Below are positions 50,597 through 63,035 of a stretch of DNA of 64,000 nt, piece after piece. Within the stretch, counting starts at the first letter, position 1; each line of letters begins with the position of its first letter. Origin of the DNA: Lama guanicoe. Its lineage: Eukaryota. The notes under the pieces are model-generated. The model saw only the letters and a list, made by a program, of their open reading frames with translations. It did not search any database and had not been told where the DNA came from. A program made the translations under genes and the position numbers. The stretch spans positions 186,001-250,000 of the forward strand of contig MU053493.1 of the NCBI GenBank assembly GCA_013239625.1, given 5' to 3'.

Positions 50597-52952
50597 TAAG
50601 ACAATAAATACTTTATTCAAATCCATCAGAGAAGTGGATTTTTTTTGACATTCATATTTCAGTTTATTGTCATCTTCACTATTAATTATGTACATTAGTA
50701 TATTATATCACAATTCCTAAGGGCCTTTTTCAACATTGATTGATTGCGTTCTATAAGAGGCCTACTGGGTAAATTCTGGGGTCTTATCAAAGACCCTGCC
50801 TCCATGGAGACAATGTAAGTAACACGATCCGGAGAAATGAGGGGTGTTGACATATGACATTATCCTTTTATTAGCCTAAATGCTGGGAAAGCTGAGATGG
50901 GAAAATAGACATTGATAGAATGTTTCCCTTCTTAATAAAGTTGTCAAGGTGAGGTGAGAAGCCCCATAAAAAGACAGACAGGGCCACTACTCTCCTGCCA
51001 GCGCCATCCAGTTCCCTGGCCCAGAGGCTCTATCTCACTTTTTGCCTCAGAAAAGGCTTACTTACCCTAAAATTCTATTGGTTCCCTGAGCTCACTCCTG
51101 ATTGGTTATTTCCCTCACTCCTGATTGGTCCATTTGTAGTACTTCATTTGCATGGAGCTCATTCCTGATTGGTTCTCTCCCTCCTGATTGGTCTCTTTCT
51201 TTTTTTAAACTTTTTTTATTGATTTATAATCATTTTACAATGTTGTGTCAAATTCTAGTGTTCAGCACAATTTTTCAGTCATACATGGACATATATAAAC
51301 TCATTATCAATAGATAAACGATTATACTGTATAGCACAGGGAATCACAGGGGAGAAGTGGATATTTGGGTCTGTAACAAACATAATGTTTTAAAGCATAA
51401 GTCAGCAATTATATATGAGAATGTACATTGCCACATACAAATTAACTGATCAGACCGCAGTTTTCAATGTTTAAATGTTTCAGAATAAGCTTCACTGTAA
51501 AGCAGCACCTTTGTGACATTTTAACTTTAATATTCCTCTCCTACTTCCTCTCCTTCTCCTTCAACAGAATCCACACCAACCTCTTCATAATCCTTCTCAA
51601 AGTCCTCTATGTCCTCATGGGCCTCAAAAAACTCTCCTGCCTCCATGCCTTAAACACATACCAGTGAAAAAAGGCATGCTTGGCATACATCAAGTCAGAC
51701 TCGTGCTTCATGTGAGTCCAGGCCTCAGCAATTGCTGTGATGTTGCTCATCATGCACACAGCTCACCGTGCTTTGGCCAGTTCTCCACCACGTACCATGA
51801 TGGGAGGATGTTAATTAAAGCCAACGTTGAAGCCAGCAGGGCACCATTCCACAAACTGGATGGTATGCTTGGTATTGATTTTGGCAATGACAGCATTGAT
51901 ATCTTTTGGAGCCATATCATCATGGTAAAACAGGCAGAAAGCTATGCATTTAACATGTGAGGGTCACATTTCACCACCTTATTGGCTGGCTCAAAGCAAG
52001 CATTGGTGATTTCTGTTACAGAAAGCTGTTCACAGTAGGTTTTCTCAGAAGAGATGAGAGTGGCTTGTGTAGCCTGAGGGAACTTGATGTGAGGATAGGG
52101 ACCCAGGTAGGTCTGGAATTCTGTCAGATCAGCATTTAGGGCTCCATCAAACCCCAGGGAAGCAGTGATGGAGGATACAACTTGACCTATCATCCCATGC
52201 AGGTTAGTGTAAGTTCTGTGCTCAATATCAAGGTTTCTATGACAGATATCATAGATGGCCTCACTGTCTATCATGAAGGCATAATCAGAGTGCTCCAGGG
52301 TCGTTTGGGTGGTCAGGATGAAGTTGTAGTTCTCAACTACAGCTGTGGAAACCTGGGGGACTGGGTACATGGAGAACTCCATCTTGGACTTCTTGCCATA
52401 ATCGACAGAGAGATTTTCCATCAGCAGGGAGGTGAGTCCAGAACAAGTTCCCCCACTGAAGCCGTGAAAAACCAATAATCCCTGAAGACCTGTTGCACTG
52501 GTCTGCCAGTTTCTGAATTCAGTTCAAGAGGAGGTCAATGATCTCCTTGCCAATGGTGTACTGAACATGGGCATAGATATTAGCAGCATTTTCTTTCTTT
52601 GTGATGAGCTGCTCAGTGTAGAAGACCTGGTGGCAGGTGCCAGTGTGAACTTCATCAATGATTGTGGGTTTCAGGTCTACAAACACTGCCTTGGTATATG
52701 CTTGCCAGAGCCTCTTTCACTGAAGAAGATTTTGAAGGAGTCATCTTCTCCCACAATGGTCTTGTCATTTGGCATCTGGCCATTGAGCTGGATTCCGTGT
52801 TCCAGGCAGTAGACCTTCCAGCAGGCATTGCTGATCTGGACATCAGCCTGGCCATCATGGATGGAGATGCACACACACATAGATGCTGTTTGTTGGCTGT
52901 TGAGCAGATGGCGGAAAGAAAGAAGAGAAGTTGTTCCTTCTTACATTGTGAC
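50597..52952 (-). pseudogene. TUBA1A: Processed TUBA1A pseudogene, copy 2; decayed CDS 52880->51527, 3' UTR split by the insertion at 50640-51351
   Basis: [61 protein letters not shown]1A-type UTRs; intronless with frameshifts. Confidence 0.93.
50640..51351 (-). mobile_element. Very short 5'-inverted L1 carrying a ~550-bp 3' transduction
   Basis: Perfect 11-bp TSD GAGAAGTGGAT (50629-50639 and 51352-51362). Poly-T at 50640, AATAAA (minus) at 50663-50668. L1 3' tip 51200-51309 (-) and inverted piece 51310-51351 (+). Confidence 0.88.
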
Positions 52953-52959
52953 ATAAATC

Positions 52960-53052
52960 TTTTATTTTTCTAATTGAAGTATAGTCAATTTACAATGCTG
53001 CTAATTTCTGGTGTACAGCATAGTGATTCAGATTTCATATATGTATATATAT
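52960..53052 (-). mobile_element. L1 3' tip, paralogue of 2305-2380
   Basis: taattgaagtatagtcaatttacaatgctgctaatttctggtgtacagcatag matches the flank of tubulin copy 1. Confidence 0.8.
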
Positions 53053-53250
53053 ATAAAAGATGTCTTTGCATGTTTCAGAATGTCTAGATGAATAAACATC
53101 ACTCACGTACCTTATCTCCTCTTCTAGAGAAGAGGTTAGTGTGTTGCACCATGTTAGGCAGAATTATGAAACTTGTTATAGTCTTTTTTTTGAAAGTTAA
53201 GTATGGTTGAATGAGATGAGTGTAGGTGACAAGTGGACAAGGGGTAGACT

Positions 53251-53791
53251 TGTAATAGTAACTTTCCTGGGCTAAGGGATGTACAGATAGCTGGTAAATC
53301 ATTATTTCTCACTGCATCTGTAAGGGGGTGTCTAAAAGGGATTGGCTTTGATTCAGCGACTGAGAAGAGAGACCTGCCTTAACCAATGTAAGAGAATCTT
53401 TCACTCAGAATAGAGGGCCATAGAGAAATGAAAAGCAAAGAAAGGAAAAAAATATTTATGTCTCTTGGAACTGGGACATCTGTCTTTTCTTGCCCTGGGG
53501 CATCAGATATCCTAGTTCTTGGGCATTTGAAGTCTGGGATTTACACCAAGAGCTTGGTTTGGGAGTAGCAGTTACACCATCAAATCCCCTTGTTCTTAGA
53601 CTTTCAGGCTCAGATTGAATTATGTCACCAGTTTTTCTGGCTCTTCATCTATTGGATGGCATATTGTTGGATGTTTATCATTTATAACTAGCAGAGTAAA
53701 TTCCTATAATAAATGATCTTTATTATCTAACTATTTTTATATACCCCTGTCCTATAACTTCTGATTTTTCTGGAGAACCCTGACAAATATA
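53251..53791 (+). mobile_element. MLT2-type LTR of ERV-L
   Basis: Starts TGTAATAGT after the PPT-like acaaggggtagact; ends tctggagaaccctgacaaatata; followed by an ERV-L leader (gattttg..ttctaggga). Confidence 0.8.
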
Positions 53792-54130
53792 GATTTTGTC
53801 ATGGAGAGATTTTCTAGGGATATAATTTATAAGTGAGTTTTCTTGTTTGGGGGTCTCTGGAATTGCTCTCTAATTAGATATAAAGATGCTAGTGACTCTA
53901 TTTCCATTAGAAAGCACAGCTATGTTTGTTCATGGTGTGACCTATTTATGGAGACACACAAAGTCATCTGCATTGAATATTTCTCATCAATTTATAAAAA
54001 AGCAATCAGCTAAGTATATGTATATGATCCATTTTAACATTTTTAGAAATCAAGGAATAAAACAGAATTTGTTTGTTCCTCCTAATATCACTGGACAAAT
54101 TTTTGGGGGATGGGTGAAAGATGAGCTCAT

Positions 54131-57100
54131 ACCTGGATATCCATTTCCTTCTTTAGGTTTGGGAAATTTTCAGCCATAATTTCATGAAATACTTTTTCCA
54201 TGTCACTCTGTTTCTTCTCTTTTTGGAACTCTTATAATTGTTTTTAACATTTTTACTATATTGAGTTATGGTTAGTTTATAATATTGTGTGAATTTCCAG
54301 TGTAGAGCACAATTTTTCAGTTATACATGAACATACATATATTCATTGTCACATTCTTTTTTGCTGTGAGCTACCACAATATTTTGTATATATTTCCCTG
54401 TGCCATACAGTATATCCTTGTTTATCTTTTCTGCATATGCCTGTTAGTAGCTACAAATTTCTAACTCCCAGTCTGTCCCTTCCCACCCCTTTCACCTTGG
54501 CAACCACAAGTTTGTATTCTCCATCTATGAGTCTGTTTCTGTTTTGTATTTGTGCAGTTTGGTGCAGCCACTGTGAAAAGCAGTATGGAGATTCCAGAAA
54601 AGACTAGGAATGGAATTACCATATGACCCAGTAATCCCGCTCCTGGGCACATATGCAGATGGAACCCTACTTTAAAAGACAACTGTACCACAATGTTCAT
54701 AGCAGCACTATTTACAATAGTGAAGACATGGAAACAGACTACATGTCCATCAGTGGATGACTGTATTAGAAGATGTGGTATAATTTTACAATGGAATACT
54801 ATTCAGACATAAAAAATGACAATATAATGCCATTTGCATCAACATGGATGTCCCTGGAGAATGTCATTCTAAGTAAAGTAAGCCAGAAAGAGAAAGAAAA
54901 ATACCATATGAGATCGCTCATATGTGGAATCTAAAAAACAAAAACAAACAAACAAACAAAAACAAAGTGTAAATACAGGACAGAAATAGGCTCACAGACA
55001 GAGAATACAGACTTATGGTTACCAGGGGGGTGGAGGTGGGAAGGGATAGACTGGGATTTCAAAATTGTAGAATAGATAAACAAGATTACATTGTATAGCA
55101 CAGGGAAATATACACAAAATGTTATGATAACTCACAGAGAAAAAAATGTGACAATGAGTTTGTATACGTCCATGAATGACTGAAAAATTGTGCTGAACCC
55201 TGGAATTTGACACATTGTAAAATGATTATAAATCAATAAAAATATTAAAAAATAAACAAAAAAAAACCCCAAAACATATAGTTCTAAAGGGACCCAGACA
55301 CTGGCAATGCCAAATAAGTTTTAGTAATATGTTTGGATATTCTATGTTTATAAAATCATATAAGATGCAGACTTACTTTAAGAAATGGACCTTGAAATAA
55401 CTTACATATTTGGGAGAATATGGATTTTGATAGGTGGGCACCTGCATAAATCATATGTACTGCTCACATTTGGAAGCTCAACAACCTCAGATTTTTAAAA
55501 AAATCATCCTGACCCATCTTCCATCTTGACTGAACTATGCCTAAATAAGGAGTACTTGGTCCCTAACAAGTGCAGTCTGTGTACTTGAAAAGCATTACTT
55601 TAAATCTTTGGAAAGAATAAAAGTTAACAAAGAAGGCAAAAAAAATGCCATATGAGATCACTCATATGTGGGATCTTAAAAAAAATACAAAACAGAAACA
55701 GACTCAGACATAGGAACAGTTATAATTTTAATGTCAATATGGGTGATGTCCTCTTTTGAAATCCCTAAAACTGTTCTCATTTTTCTAAATTTATTTTTAT
55801 TTTTGATCTTCTGGTTTGGTGTTTTCCAGTATTCTCTCTTCCAGATCACTTAGTCATTCTGTATCTTCCAATCTTATTTTATTCCCTCTAGTGTAATTTT
55901 CATTTCTCTTTTTGTATTTTTCAATGCTGCCTACTTCTTCATTATGCTTTGTATTTCTCTGTGAAGTTTTTCACTGTGTTCATTTATTCTTTTCCAAAGT
56001 TCAGTTAGCATTCTTATTACTACTCATTTGAAATATTTATCAGTTCAATTAATTTATTTCTGTTTATTTAGGGGTGATTTCAGGGTTATTTTTCCCCCTT
56101 GTTCTTTCATGTGAAACATATTGATCTGTCTTTTCATTTTGTTTAACTTTCTTGGTGTCTATGAAATTAGGTGAAACAATCATCTATACCATTTTGAAGC
56201 TGATTCCTTATGTGACAGCTGACATGTGCAGTCTCTGTTTGCACAGTGGCTCTGTTGGGAGAGCTGGATTCAAAGTGTGCATGGGCAATGTTTTTCCCTA
56301 GAATGTGCTAAAAGCCACTGTCTTGGTGGGAGACAGGATTGCATTTGAAGGGTCTATAGCCAGATCGTGCAAACTGAGATTTCTCCCATGCTCAATGGCT
56401 GTCACTGCACTTTGCATGTGGGATAAAGTCCTGAGGTTCTGGAGAAAGAGCCCAGTAGTTCATTTCTCTCAGGTGTGATGACAGTCTCTGACTTAGTTTG
56501 TGTACAGCTATGAACTGAGAGCTTAAGTCTGCACTTTTGAGTTGGTTTCATATTTTTCACAGTGTGAGTATCTTGATTAGAGGCTAGATAGGTCCCAGAG
56601 GGGTTGGTGCCACACTGCTGAGCTCGCTCCCTTCCACGTGGGAGCAGGGACAAACATTCAGGTAATGGCCTCCACCCTGGTGCTAGCATTACTCTTTTTC
56701 AAGTGGGCAAAAGTAAGCATGTTGTAGAGGTGGATGGTCTCTACCTTTCAGCTAATATCAGTCTTTCCCTAGTGTGTGCACCAAAGTGCATGCTGTCAGT
56801 AGCTGCTTCCACCCGGGCCAGAGGCAGGGCTGGGTTCAGAGCTGGCTCTGTTCCAAACTGGCAGCCTCTGCCTTAGTGAGGAGCAGGGCTGGAGCAAGAG
56901 GGGATAGAGCAGGAGGCTGATGAAGGCTGGGGGATGTGTTTTGATGGTCTCAACCAGCTGACCAGCGCCCCAGAAGGTTTGCAGTCTGTTCTTTCAGCAC
57001 TGTGACTGGGCATAAACAAGTCATTTCTTGCACTCTTCGATGGCAGAATCAGTTTCTTCCAGGCCTCCAGTAAGTTTCTCTGGTTTTCAAACCAGCTGAG

Positions 57101-57430
57101 GGGTCTTGTTTTCCCAGTGTCAGATACAAGGGCTGAGGTGCATAATATGTGGCTCAAATCACTTGCTTCCCAGGAGGAGTCCCTGTATGAGTGATATCAT
57201 CCTCTACTTCATGAGCCTTGCTAGGAGGGTGTGTCCCGAAAAGACCACTTACCCTCCCTTCTTACCAGACTCTGTGTGGACCTTTCTTTTCAGCTTTGGT
57301 TGTAGAAGAGATATCCTGGAAATCCCCAGGCTGATGTCAGTTAGTAGTTCTATACCCAGTTGTAATGTTGAAGTGTTTGTGAGGGGAGATGAGAGTCCAG
57401 TATTCTCTTACTCTGCCATCTTGATCCTCC
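54131..57430 (-). mobile_element. Old L1 5' UTR + ORF1 remnant, split by the insertion at 54240-55720
   Basis: 5' end GGAGGATCAAGATGGCAGAGTAAG at 57430; ORF1-antisense sequence at 54150-54238 and 55725-56170. Confidence 0.7.
54240..55720 (-). mobile_element. 5'-inverted L1 (54240-54552 minus; 54553 onward plus) containing a nested younger L1 3' end plus transduced flank
   Basis: Flanked by ttataatt repeats. Duplicated aaaatRccatatgagatc at ~54897 and ~55642. Confidence 0.75.
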
Positions 57431-60324
57431 TGCCTGATTATGGATTTTTTTTCCCAGTGCAATTGGTCTCAACACTCACAGTGGAAGAGAGTTCCCCAGT
57501 ATTATTGGGTTTCTCATCTCCATCCTAAGTGATAGCAGTCTCCTAATTCAGCATAGTATCAGCCTTTCTACTCTAGTCTGAGGGTAATAATCCTGAGTTA
57601 AACAGGAAAATGGTAGTATCCTCTCCTGATGCAGTGGCCACTAATGACTAGACTCAGGTCCTTGTAGGCCACTAAAGGTGAGGTTACAAAGTGTAACCAA
57701 TAAGGATATTTGGACATTGAAAAATAACTGCTTGAGTGTGTGTGTGTTTGTGTATGTGTACAGGATTCTGGGGAACATGTGTAGGAATGTACTTTATGGG
57801 TGTGGGAGATAATGGTAGAAGCAATATAAATTTGAATCACTGCTAATTAACTGGTATAGGCCCATAAATCAGGGATTGTGTATTTGCTATTGTAATATTT
57901 GGAGTTAGAAAGCAATCTAAACAGTTATTTTTTATGACAAAAATGTGTACAAAAATGTGGATGAAAAGATGGCCCACAATATGGAAACTGGGCATATTTA
58001 TTCTTACTTGGTTTATCATAGAGGAAGATGTTCAAAAGTTTAGGAACACTGGAATGTAACTGTGTATTTGTCATTGAAGACCTATTTGCCCACACTGGGA
58101 GGGTCCTGAAGGTCACCTTTCACCAATTATTTGAGAAATGGATTTGAGAGTGGAGTTCTAGCACCTTTAGGATCTCTGCATTTTCTATTCTGTGTAAGCT
58201 GGACCTCACAGTGGGAATTGGAAAATCTGCTAAATTGAAAAATCTAATAAACTATGCATAATTGGATCATGGTGTGGCAGAACAAATAGCATGAATTAGC
58301 CACCAAATTCAAGGTAGGAATATTTCCTGTAGTGAGAAGCAGAAGCAAAGCAACAATGTAAATATCCTGGTTGGCATGGGCCTATGGTGTTGGCTAATTT
58401 ATCATGATGTTGCTAAAAGTGAAGGAAACAGGAAGTTTAATTAAGTATTACTTGATCTGCATAAGCAGAAAAGTTATGGTCAAAGTGAAAAAAAGTGTAA
58501 CTTGAATCATAAAGAGTTAGTCATAGCCTCTCCATCAGTAACCTGACATGAGCCAGTTTATAGACCTAGAGACCCTTAAATTAAAGGGAATGAAGTCCTG
58601 AGGAAGGATTGTATTTCAGTAACAAAAAATTATACAGTTAGTCTTTCTCCTAGCCTTCCCAAAAGGGATCTACTGTAACTTACCAGGGTAACTGTGCACT
58701 TGGTGGGGAGCATGATATAATGAAACACATCAAGGACTACTTGGGCATTGGCTGTGTTTGACAGTTCCTTTAGGAGAATCAAAACATCACTTTGCCCACT
58801 GCTCAAAGGAGAGTTTTATGGGGGTCAAGTATTCAATGACATTTTAGCTCAAGTCCATGTCACAGAGGGTCCAAATTTTCTCCTAACTCATCCCGTGGGC
58901 ATTCCCATCTTTAGACTATAAAATTGGAATAACGATATTTAGCAGCTGTCAGAATCCTCTCACTGGCTTCTCAGTCAGAAGTGTGATGGCTATTATGTTG
59001 CAAAGGTCACATGGAAGTCACTTGACCTGCCTCTACCTAACATCAAAAGCAGTGCCACATTCCTAGAGGAATTGCAAAGATCTTTCCCCCCGTTAAGGAC
59101 TTGAAGGGTGCATGGTTTGTAATTCTGACCACAACCCCTAAAATCATCTGTGTGGTCTGTGCAGAAGAAAAGAGTCTTACTGAGTAACAGTGGATTAAAG
59201 AAATCTTACTCAGATGTGATTTCATTGGTGAGCAACTTCATACACCCCATGGTAGTCACTAAGCAGCTATTAATCTAGCACGTGCCTTTTTCTCCAGCTT
59301 GTCCATAAGGTTCACCAGAAGCAGTTTCCTTTTAGGTGGCAATGTCAGTAATAAACCTTTACATCCTGTCTGGGGAATATCAACTTTGCAGCGTATGACA
59401 CAATGACAATCATTCCCTTCTACAAGGTACTATACTTGTTCATTTTATTGATAACATTATGCTGAATGGCTCTTTGAAGCAAGAAGTGTGACCACTTCAA
59501 TGTGACTGGTTAAACATTTATGTATCTGAGAGTGGGGAATACATTCAACTAAAATTCAGGGGACTTCTAACTCAGTGAAATTTCTAGAGGTTTAAGGATT
59601 AGGGCATGCACAGATATCCCTTTCAAAGTAAAGGGTTGTATCATCTGGCCCCTTTTACAACCAAGAAAGATGAGTCATGCTGATTGGTCCTCTTTGGACA
59701 TTAGAAGCCACATATTCTTCATTTGAGTGTATTTCTCTGCCTCAATATTGGATAACCAGAAAGCTCACAAGTTTTGAGGAGCACCCAGAATGAGGGATGG
59801 CTCTGCAACACGCCCAGGCTGTACTTCAGACCGCTCTGCCATATGGACCATAAATTCCAGCAGACCCAAGAGTTTCTGGAGTTTCAGTGACAGATATGAA
59901 TACTGCTTGGAGCTGTGGCAGTGCTGTAGATGAATTAAAGAACAAGCATTTACTATTTTGTGTCATGACCTAGCTGTCACTGATGGATAACTAACTACAA
60001 AATTATTTTATTTTTACTTAACAAAATGCAATTCGATTCCTCATACTTTCTTTTATTAAAAGCACACATCCCACTTTGCTGCTTGTACTGAAATATTTCC
60101 CTTATTATTTGTAGTAGCTTTAATTACTTATTTAAATTAGAATCTTCAACTCTTAAAAACCTTGATTTCTAATGAAACCTAAGAAGTAAACAATAATTAA
60201 CCATCTTTTACATAAGCATTTTGTAGATTGGCAAACATAAATACCAATGGTAATTTCTCAAAAGTGTGTTTTCTTATAGAAAACATCTCAGTGTGGCCTC
60301 AAACATACATATTAATATTCCTAA

Positions 60325-60467
60325 GGGGAAGATATACCTTAATGGTTGAGTATGTACTTAGCTTGCATGAGGTCTGGGGTTCAATCCCCATTACCTCCAT
60401 GAAAAATAAATAAATAAGCATAATTACATTTCCCCCAAATAAATAATGGTTTAAAAAATAAAAGTTA
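60325..60467 (+). mobile_element. tRNA-derived SINE, camelid vic-1-like
   Basis: GGGGAAGATATACCTTAATGGTTGAG (A box), GGGTTCAATCCCC (B box), then AAATAAATAAATAAGCATAATTAC..CCCCC and an A-rich tail. Confidence 0.8.
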
Positions 60468-61704
60468 ATAAAATAGTCTTAAATATTGATACTTTCTCTG
60501 TAAAAGGAATAGTATGTTCATTAATTAACGATTCAATATATTATTTGGGAATGGCCTAACTACTCAGTAAACATACATCACTTAACTTAATTTTATGTAA
60601 CTCTGAAATTTTAACTTACCAAATATCTGAGAGATTATTTTAAGTAGACATTACTAAAATATAATTATTCCTGAACAGTTCATCCTAAAGCTCTTATCTT
60701 ATTTAAATTTAATTTACTTATAAAAATTGCATCATAAAAAGTTATACTTTTTGCTGAGAAATGGGCAAAAGATATAAATTTATTTGACTTCCATTAAGCC
60801 AAGGTACATCAAATTACTATACTTAATATGTTCATGACTCTAGAACATCTATGTTAAATTAATTCAATAAACTTTAAACCCGGGTATTGACTTAATATTG
60901 ACTATTTCCCAGTTCACATGAACCTGAAATTCATTTTGGCCAGTTTCTTTTTATATGTCTGAGAAATAATATAGGTGTCTAAATTCCTTTAAGCCAATTA
61001 AGCAGAGTTCATTTGGAAATTAATTTTGATAATTCCACTCAAAGTTAAAGACATATATACATAACTGGAGTTTGCATGCTTCATTTTAAAACTTAGTCAT
61101 GAATCATGTATTACAATATAAAAATCACTAGTTTATAAATTACAGCTGTAATAAGTTTCCCCTATTTTCCCACTTAGTTTCAAAATTCAGGATGACACAG
61201 ATAAGGTAAGTGTTCCTGGGAGCCCTGGTAGAATGTTTGCATCTCAAGGCACAGGGAAAGAAAAATAATTTCTTCTGGAAGGGCTTGTTTCTTCAGAGTC
61301 AGAATTCTGTAAAGATGTTGTATCAAGTCGGCTCTCTCTAAGAACTGTGTATGCAATAGAAGAGCTCATGTTGGCCATTTTCAGGGCAAGATTTGTCTTT
61401 ACTTCCCAATTAAGTACATGTAAGTATAAATTTTATACATACGCCAACCTGGCTGGAGTGTTAGTTGGAGACTGGCTTTCTGACACCCCTGATTACTTTG
61501 TTTGAGCATCTTTATTTCCCATTTTGAAGTTGGATTTGTCATGGTTAAGATGAACTAGTGGAATTGTGTGGTGGGCCAGTGTGCTGCAAGTGAGCTGAAC
61601 TTCTCTAAGCATCACCTGAATGTCATTTAAGCCTTCTAGTGTGTCTTGATTTCTCCATTTTGTGGTCTAAGACCACCATGGGTTCTCAGATCATTGAAAG
61701 GTCA

Positions 61705-63035
61705 TTTTTTTAACATTTTTCATTGATTTGTAATCATTTTACAATGTTGTGTCAAATTCCAGGATTCAGCACAATTTTTCAGTCATTCATGGACATATAC
61801 ACACTCATTGTAACATTTTTCCCTCTGTGAGTTATCATAACATTTTGTGTATATTTCCCTGTGCTATACAGTATAATCTTGTTTATCTATTCTACAGTTT
61901 TGAAATCCCAGTCTACCCCTTACCACCCTCCACCCCCCAGCAACCCCAAATCTGTATTCTCTGTCTTTGAGTCTGTTTCTGTCCTGTATTTTTGCATTGT
62001 TTTTGTTTGTTTGTTTGTTTTTGTTTTTTAGATTCCACATATGAGCGATCTCACATGGTATTTTTCTTTCTCTTTCTGGCTTACTTCACTTAGAATGACA
62101 TTCTCCAGGAGCATCCATGTTGCTGCAAATGGCATTATGTTGTTAGTTTTTATGACTGAGTAGTATTCCATTGTATAAATATACCACTGCTTCTTTATCC
62201 AGTCACCTGTTGATGGACATTTAGGCTGTTTCCATGTTTTGGCTATTGTAAATAGTGCTGCTATGAACATTGGGGTGCAGGTGTAATCCTGAAGTAGGGT
62301 TCTTTCTGGATATAAGCCCAGGAGTGGGTTTCCTGGGTCATATGGTAAGTCTATTCCTAGTCTTTTCAGGAATCTACATACTGTTTCTCACACTGGCTGC
62401 ACCAAACTGCATTCTCACCAGCAGTGTAGGAGGGTTTCCCTTTCTCCACAGCCTCTCCAGCATTTGCCATTTGTGGATTTTTGAATGATGGTCATTCCGA
62501 CTGGTGTGAGATGATACCTCATTGTAGTTTTGATTTGCATTTCTCTGATAATTAGTGATATTGAGCATTTTTTCATGTGCCTTTTGATCATTTGTATGTC
62601 TTCCTTGGAGAATTGCTTGTTTAGGTCTTCTGACCATTTTTGGATTGGGTTGTTTATCTTTTTTCTTATTGAGTCATATGAGATGCTTATATATTCTGGA
62701 GATCAAGCCTTTGTCAGTTTCATTTGCAAAAATTTTCTCCCATTCTATAGGTTGTCTTATCTCCCATTCGTTGTCTTTTTGTTTTATTTCTGGTTTCCTT
62801 TGCTGTGCAGAAGCTTGTAAGTTTCATTAGGTACCATTTGTTTATTCTTGCTTTTATTTCTTCTAGAAGAACATTTTTGAAATGTATGTCAGATAATGTT
62901 TTGCTTATATTTTCCTCTAGGTTTGTTGTATCTTGACTTGTGTTTAAGTCTTTGATCCATTTTGAGTTGATTTTTGTATATGGTGTAAGGGAGTGTTCTA
63001 GCTTCATTGTTTTACATGCTGCTGTCCAGTTTTCC
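61705..63035 (-). mobile_element. 5'-truncated LINE-1
   Basis: ORF2 C-terminal fragments and 3' UTR; TSD tgaaaggtca (61695-61704) / tgaatggtca (63036-63045). Confidence 0.92.

Larger units (their letters stand above)
53792..59990 (+). mobile_element. Second ERV-L internal region (gag 53792-54130 and 57440 onward, pro/pol to ~59990), interrupted by L1s
   Basis: Collinear with ERV-L gag-pol; RT region cattttattgataacattatgctg (HFIDNIML) at ~59440. Confidence 0.75.

Noticed and set aside
60325..60400. tRNA gene
   Set aside because: Degenerate stems and a SINE-type AT-rich tail indicate a tRNA-derived SINE.
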